Source: Marsupella aquatica (lineage: Eukaryota; Plantae; Marchantiophyta). From it: 64,000 nucleotides of DNA. Positions 60,315-64,000 of the stretch are shown piece after piece. The translations under genes and the position numbers were made by a program. Position 1 is the stretch's first letter; each line of letters starts with the position of its first letter. The notes beneath the pieces were generated by a model. The model saw nothing but the letters and a program-made list of their open reading frames with translations, did no database searches and was not told where the DNA came from. The stretch is taken from positions 30,729,328-30,793,327 of the forward strand of contig OZ316892.1 of assembly GCA_973895155.1 (NCBI GenBank). Direction: 5' to 3'.

Positions 60315-63300
60315 CACTAGTAGAAATCGAGGGGTATTTAGACCCCATTAAACGACTATTCAGTTCCATATAGGACTTGGAAATGACTGGGAAGGACTCC
60401 AGTCCTTTATAGGACTGCGAGTCGTATGTTTTGTTACTATAATCAACTGAGTCCTTTATAGAACTGGTTTATAAGTTGTTTAATAGACTGGATTTTCAGT
60501 CTATTGTAGTCTTTGTAGGGGTAGCTTTGGTGAGTCATTTTCAGTCTTTTATGGGCTGCGATGGTGAGTTGTTGGGAACGACTAAAAAGGTTATGGAGGG
60601 TAGTCTTTAAATATACTTTGTGGGTTCATAAAACGACTAAAGTAGACACTTTGTGGGGTATGTATAAGTCTTTCATGTCAACTGGAAATGAGTGATGAAG
60701 ACCCCACTATACTACTTGGAATGAACTCACTCTATAAGCTCACCATTCACCATGTTAACATTAGAACACATAGGGTTTCAGAAAGCCATCTTCTATACCA
60801 TGTACACTAATATGAATTCACAGATTCAAACATCATAGACTACAAAGAAGGTCACAAAGCATTCGTCTATACCATACACACTAGTACTGAAATGATACAA
60901 AACATATTCAAGTATCATAGACAATCACCATAGAGCCATAGTTTGACATCAATTATTTGTTTCATACATACAGAATTCAGAAATATACATGTCACACACA
61001 ACGGCTCCTTCATCCTCTTTACCAAATGGAAAAATTGGTACAGATATTTCTTGGATCTTTTCAAGGCAATGTCAAAATGTAACAATTCACATGATTCTAT
61101 CTACACTTGCATTCAGTCACTACAGACTAACACACTCTGATGGCCAGAGCACAAGAGATCCTACTGCATCTACAATTATTTCCTGAGGTGGATCATTGTC
61201 TCTATTCGGAAATGGCAAATTATAATCAGATACAATCACTGTAGTTAGCAACACTACTACATGGTCATCCGGGACCACTTTGCCATAGAATTTAGCATGA
61301 TCCAGTCGCAAAATGCCTGTACCCACACATACATGCAAGTCATCCTCCCATGATAGAAGATTATGGACTGGCTCTACAGTGGCTATCACCTACACCTTAC
61401 CCTGGCTGTTTTTCTTGGCTTTCCTAGGTGACTTATACATGACATTATTCATACCTTGGTTGCGAGTCATGACTTTGGCACGAGTGTTTTGTGCTAGTGA
61501 TCGAGAATTGGCTACACTCTTCTTCAAAGAATCTGCATCCATATTTGACACTTCCAATTGTGTAGCAGGATTTCCCTGCGAAATCATCTCAGTATCTGCC
61601 AACATTGTACTTGCTTCAATTGAAGCATCTACAATCTTACTTGCATCCAATGTTGCTCCCAAGTTTCAACGTCGCTTCACCCTGCTCCCACTTGGTTGAG
61701 AGTTTGTCAACTTTGCATCAACTACAATTCAGTGCCATGTCCAACATAAGTCAAACACTCATCACATGTGCTAAATGTACATGTCACCAACCACAAAGTT
61801 GTCACTATCTCCTTACCATTATGAACAACCTTCTTCCCCTTCTTTGTCGTTGCCATATCCTCCATGTCTGCTTCTGCTGATCAATAAACACACCACAATA
61901 TTCACGATGAATCTATTAACCACTGAATTGTTGCTCAACATTCATATAGAGGAATTTAAAGCATCAGCTTACCTGATACCTCCTTGGCTATGGTCACTGA
62001 GGCACTGGGCACATCTTCTTCATTATTGCTCTTTGAATCACCTGATACATCAATCATGATGTCACTTCAGATCCCAGTTCATCCAACCAGTTCTTACAGA
62101 AAAGATTACCTCCAACCGGCTTAAGCTTCACAAAACTCCAGGCACTTTTCAAATGTAATGTACTGGATCATAGCAGGTTACCTGTCTCAGCAACCTTCTT
62201 GCCCTTCTGCTTACTGATTACAGGGTCCTTCTCTGCCTCCACTCTTCCTGCATTCAAACCATTCACTCAATTCATGAAAACTTACTTCTAACATTTGAAC
62301 ATAGGACACAATGAACAATGGGCCGGTGTCATACCTGTGTCAGATTTTCCAATTCCCTTTTTTGTTAACAACGGCACACTTTGTACAATGTTGCCCTCAT
62401 TGTTTGGTTGGGAACCACCCAATTTTTCAATCACAAGCTTGAAATTAGATTCCATTGATGTAAGAAGGTTCACTACAGATGCCTCCACAATATCCAAACG
62501 ATCAGCCAATTTATCTTCCACTCAAGGGAGTCCACACTCTAATGACTTCAACCGTTCACACATCTCTATGAGAGTTGTAACAGTTCCCTGTCATAACACA
62601 GCTTACATATCTCAGATAACTGTCCCCAAGCACTAGTTGCTTACTTCCTACTACATTTCTTTCTTATGCTCAAGGCCAAATAGTCACAGAACATACACAG
62701 TTACAACATAATCACCTGTTTGGAAGTCACACTTGTCACCTCACTCCTTTGTTTCATGAACTCCTCTCTCACTTCTTGTGCTGATGGTTCTTCACCTGTC
62801 AATTTCTTCTGCAATCCACATAAATATGAATGAAACCAAGTGTTGATTGTCAATGAAAATGTAATAATGGTAGCAAGATGATAAGTTTGAGGCTTACTAT
62901 CAGGCATGTCACTGCCTTACCAATTGTTCTGACTTTCACTGGAGCATAACTTCCTCTCCTAGCCTATGAAAGGTGTTTCACTTTGCCTCGAGCATTTGAC
63001 ATCAATTCACTCTTGCTCTGCCCAGCCTCCGACATGAACCCTTTGATTAACCGTGTCCATTGATCCAATTCCAATGATGGGGGTGGTGGCATTCTCCTGT
63101 TAGAACCATTGTCTATCCACATCCTTTTCAACATATGACTCTCTTGTTTCAAAATCCTCATTGCATAATCTGATATGCAATCTTCAACTGGGCCCTTACC
63201 ATCATTACCAACATAGTCCCACCGTTCAAGAATGTCCTTGCAGATAGCAGCCCAATCAGCTTTGTTCTGACTCCTAAACTCTGTAATGCTCAAATCTAAC

Positions 63301-63514
63301 CAACGCAATACTTCCCCTCTTAGGTCAGAATGCCAACGGTTCTTACCATCACATGTGGGAGTTATCCAACCATCGGAATTCACTTCTACTTTACCAAATT
63401 TGTTACTGTCTCCTGCCTTGGTACTCCCTGAAGCGCTACTAGGTGTCCCTCCACGGCCTGGTATCCCCCCACGGCCTGGGGTCCCTCCACGGCCTGATCT
63501 CCCCCCATGGCCTG
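60315..63514 (-). mobile_element. CACTA (En/Spm) element: terminus plus intron-containing TnpA-like remnants
   Basis: CACTAGTAGAAA at 60315 with subterminal repeats; PPPSLELDQWTRLI..SEAGQSKSE..SNARGK (Ptta/En/Spm type); LPFP..IVDAVGSLVLWP at 61120-61389. Confidence 0.8.
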
Positions 63515-64000
63515 TGTGATGCCTAGCCAGGAATCACTCGGCCAGTTAAGTGGGTAAAGCAGGAATGCACCCTGGAAACACCTTAGTATAGGGATAAAAC
63601 AAGGAAAATATAAACAATTAGGGGCGACTATGGAACCCGGGCCGAGGCCGGAGGTAAGGACGCTGGGGGTGAAAACTCGATTAGGGTTAGGGCGCGCTAA
63701 GCGTCGGCAGCTAGGAAGGATCAACGGGAGGAAGGACCGGAAGAGGAGAGGGGTAAGGAGCGCTTGCAGGAGATGGTGGCTCATTTGCGAGCACGAACTA
63801 GGCAGACGACTACGGGAGGCCAACTACTGTCAGCTGCTTAGGCAAGCACTCGGGGAGAGAGTAGATACCAATGATTGACCTAAGGAGGGTATGAGCAACG
63901 TCAATCAAGCGGCACATTTTTGGGGATGCCTGTTCGAACGGGCAACTGAGTACATCAAGACTTACGAGGATGAAGAATCAGAAAGGGCAGCTAGAGAACG
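63515..64000. mobile_element. Probable LTR inserted in the CACTA TnpA exon (runs off window)
   Basis: Abrupt break of the TnpA frame at TGTGATG; purine-rich LTR-like composition. Confidence 0.4.

Noticed and set aside
14208-60326. Pairing the two CACTA termini as one element
   Set aside because: They face away from each other (right end at 14220, left end at 60315)

Overview
Transposon-dense plant nuclear DNA. The TE lineages, the TTTAGGG repeats and the PLS-DYW repeat style suggest a bryophyte (inference). Bases 1-23.5 kb hold a nest of non-chromovirus Ty3/gypsy elements (A, B, C), a CACTA end carrying a 5S-rRNA-promoter-like motif, and a solo LTR. A SWIM remnant and a 5'-truncated L1 LINE with a MITE follow. 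A Ty1/copia (29397-49849, TSD ACTAT) is interrupted by a complete 13.7-kb gypsy, element D (32956-46642, TSD ACCAT, 1718-bp LTRs). The only clear host gene is an intronless PLS-E-DYW PPR editing factor (53107-56589). A short interstitial telomere tract and a CACTA/TnpA element end the window. Three main observations: (1) three divergent gypsy families each carry a homologous accessory gene (PMD/Transposase_32-like domain, coiled coil in B and C) in different positions, next to family-specific short-motif arrays; (2) in element D a palindrome repeated about 12 times per LTR recurs once upstream of that gene, and the gene is bracketed by two copies of the PPT; (3) the leader of D encodes a stand-alone second protease-like ORF and a small ORF resembling an RT motif. 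All alignments and counts were done by eye.
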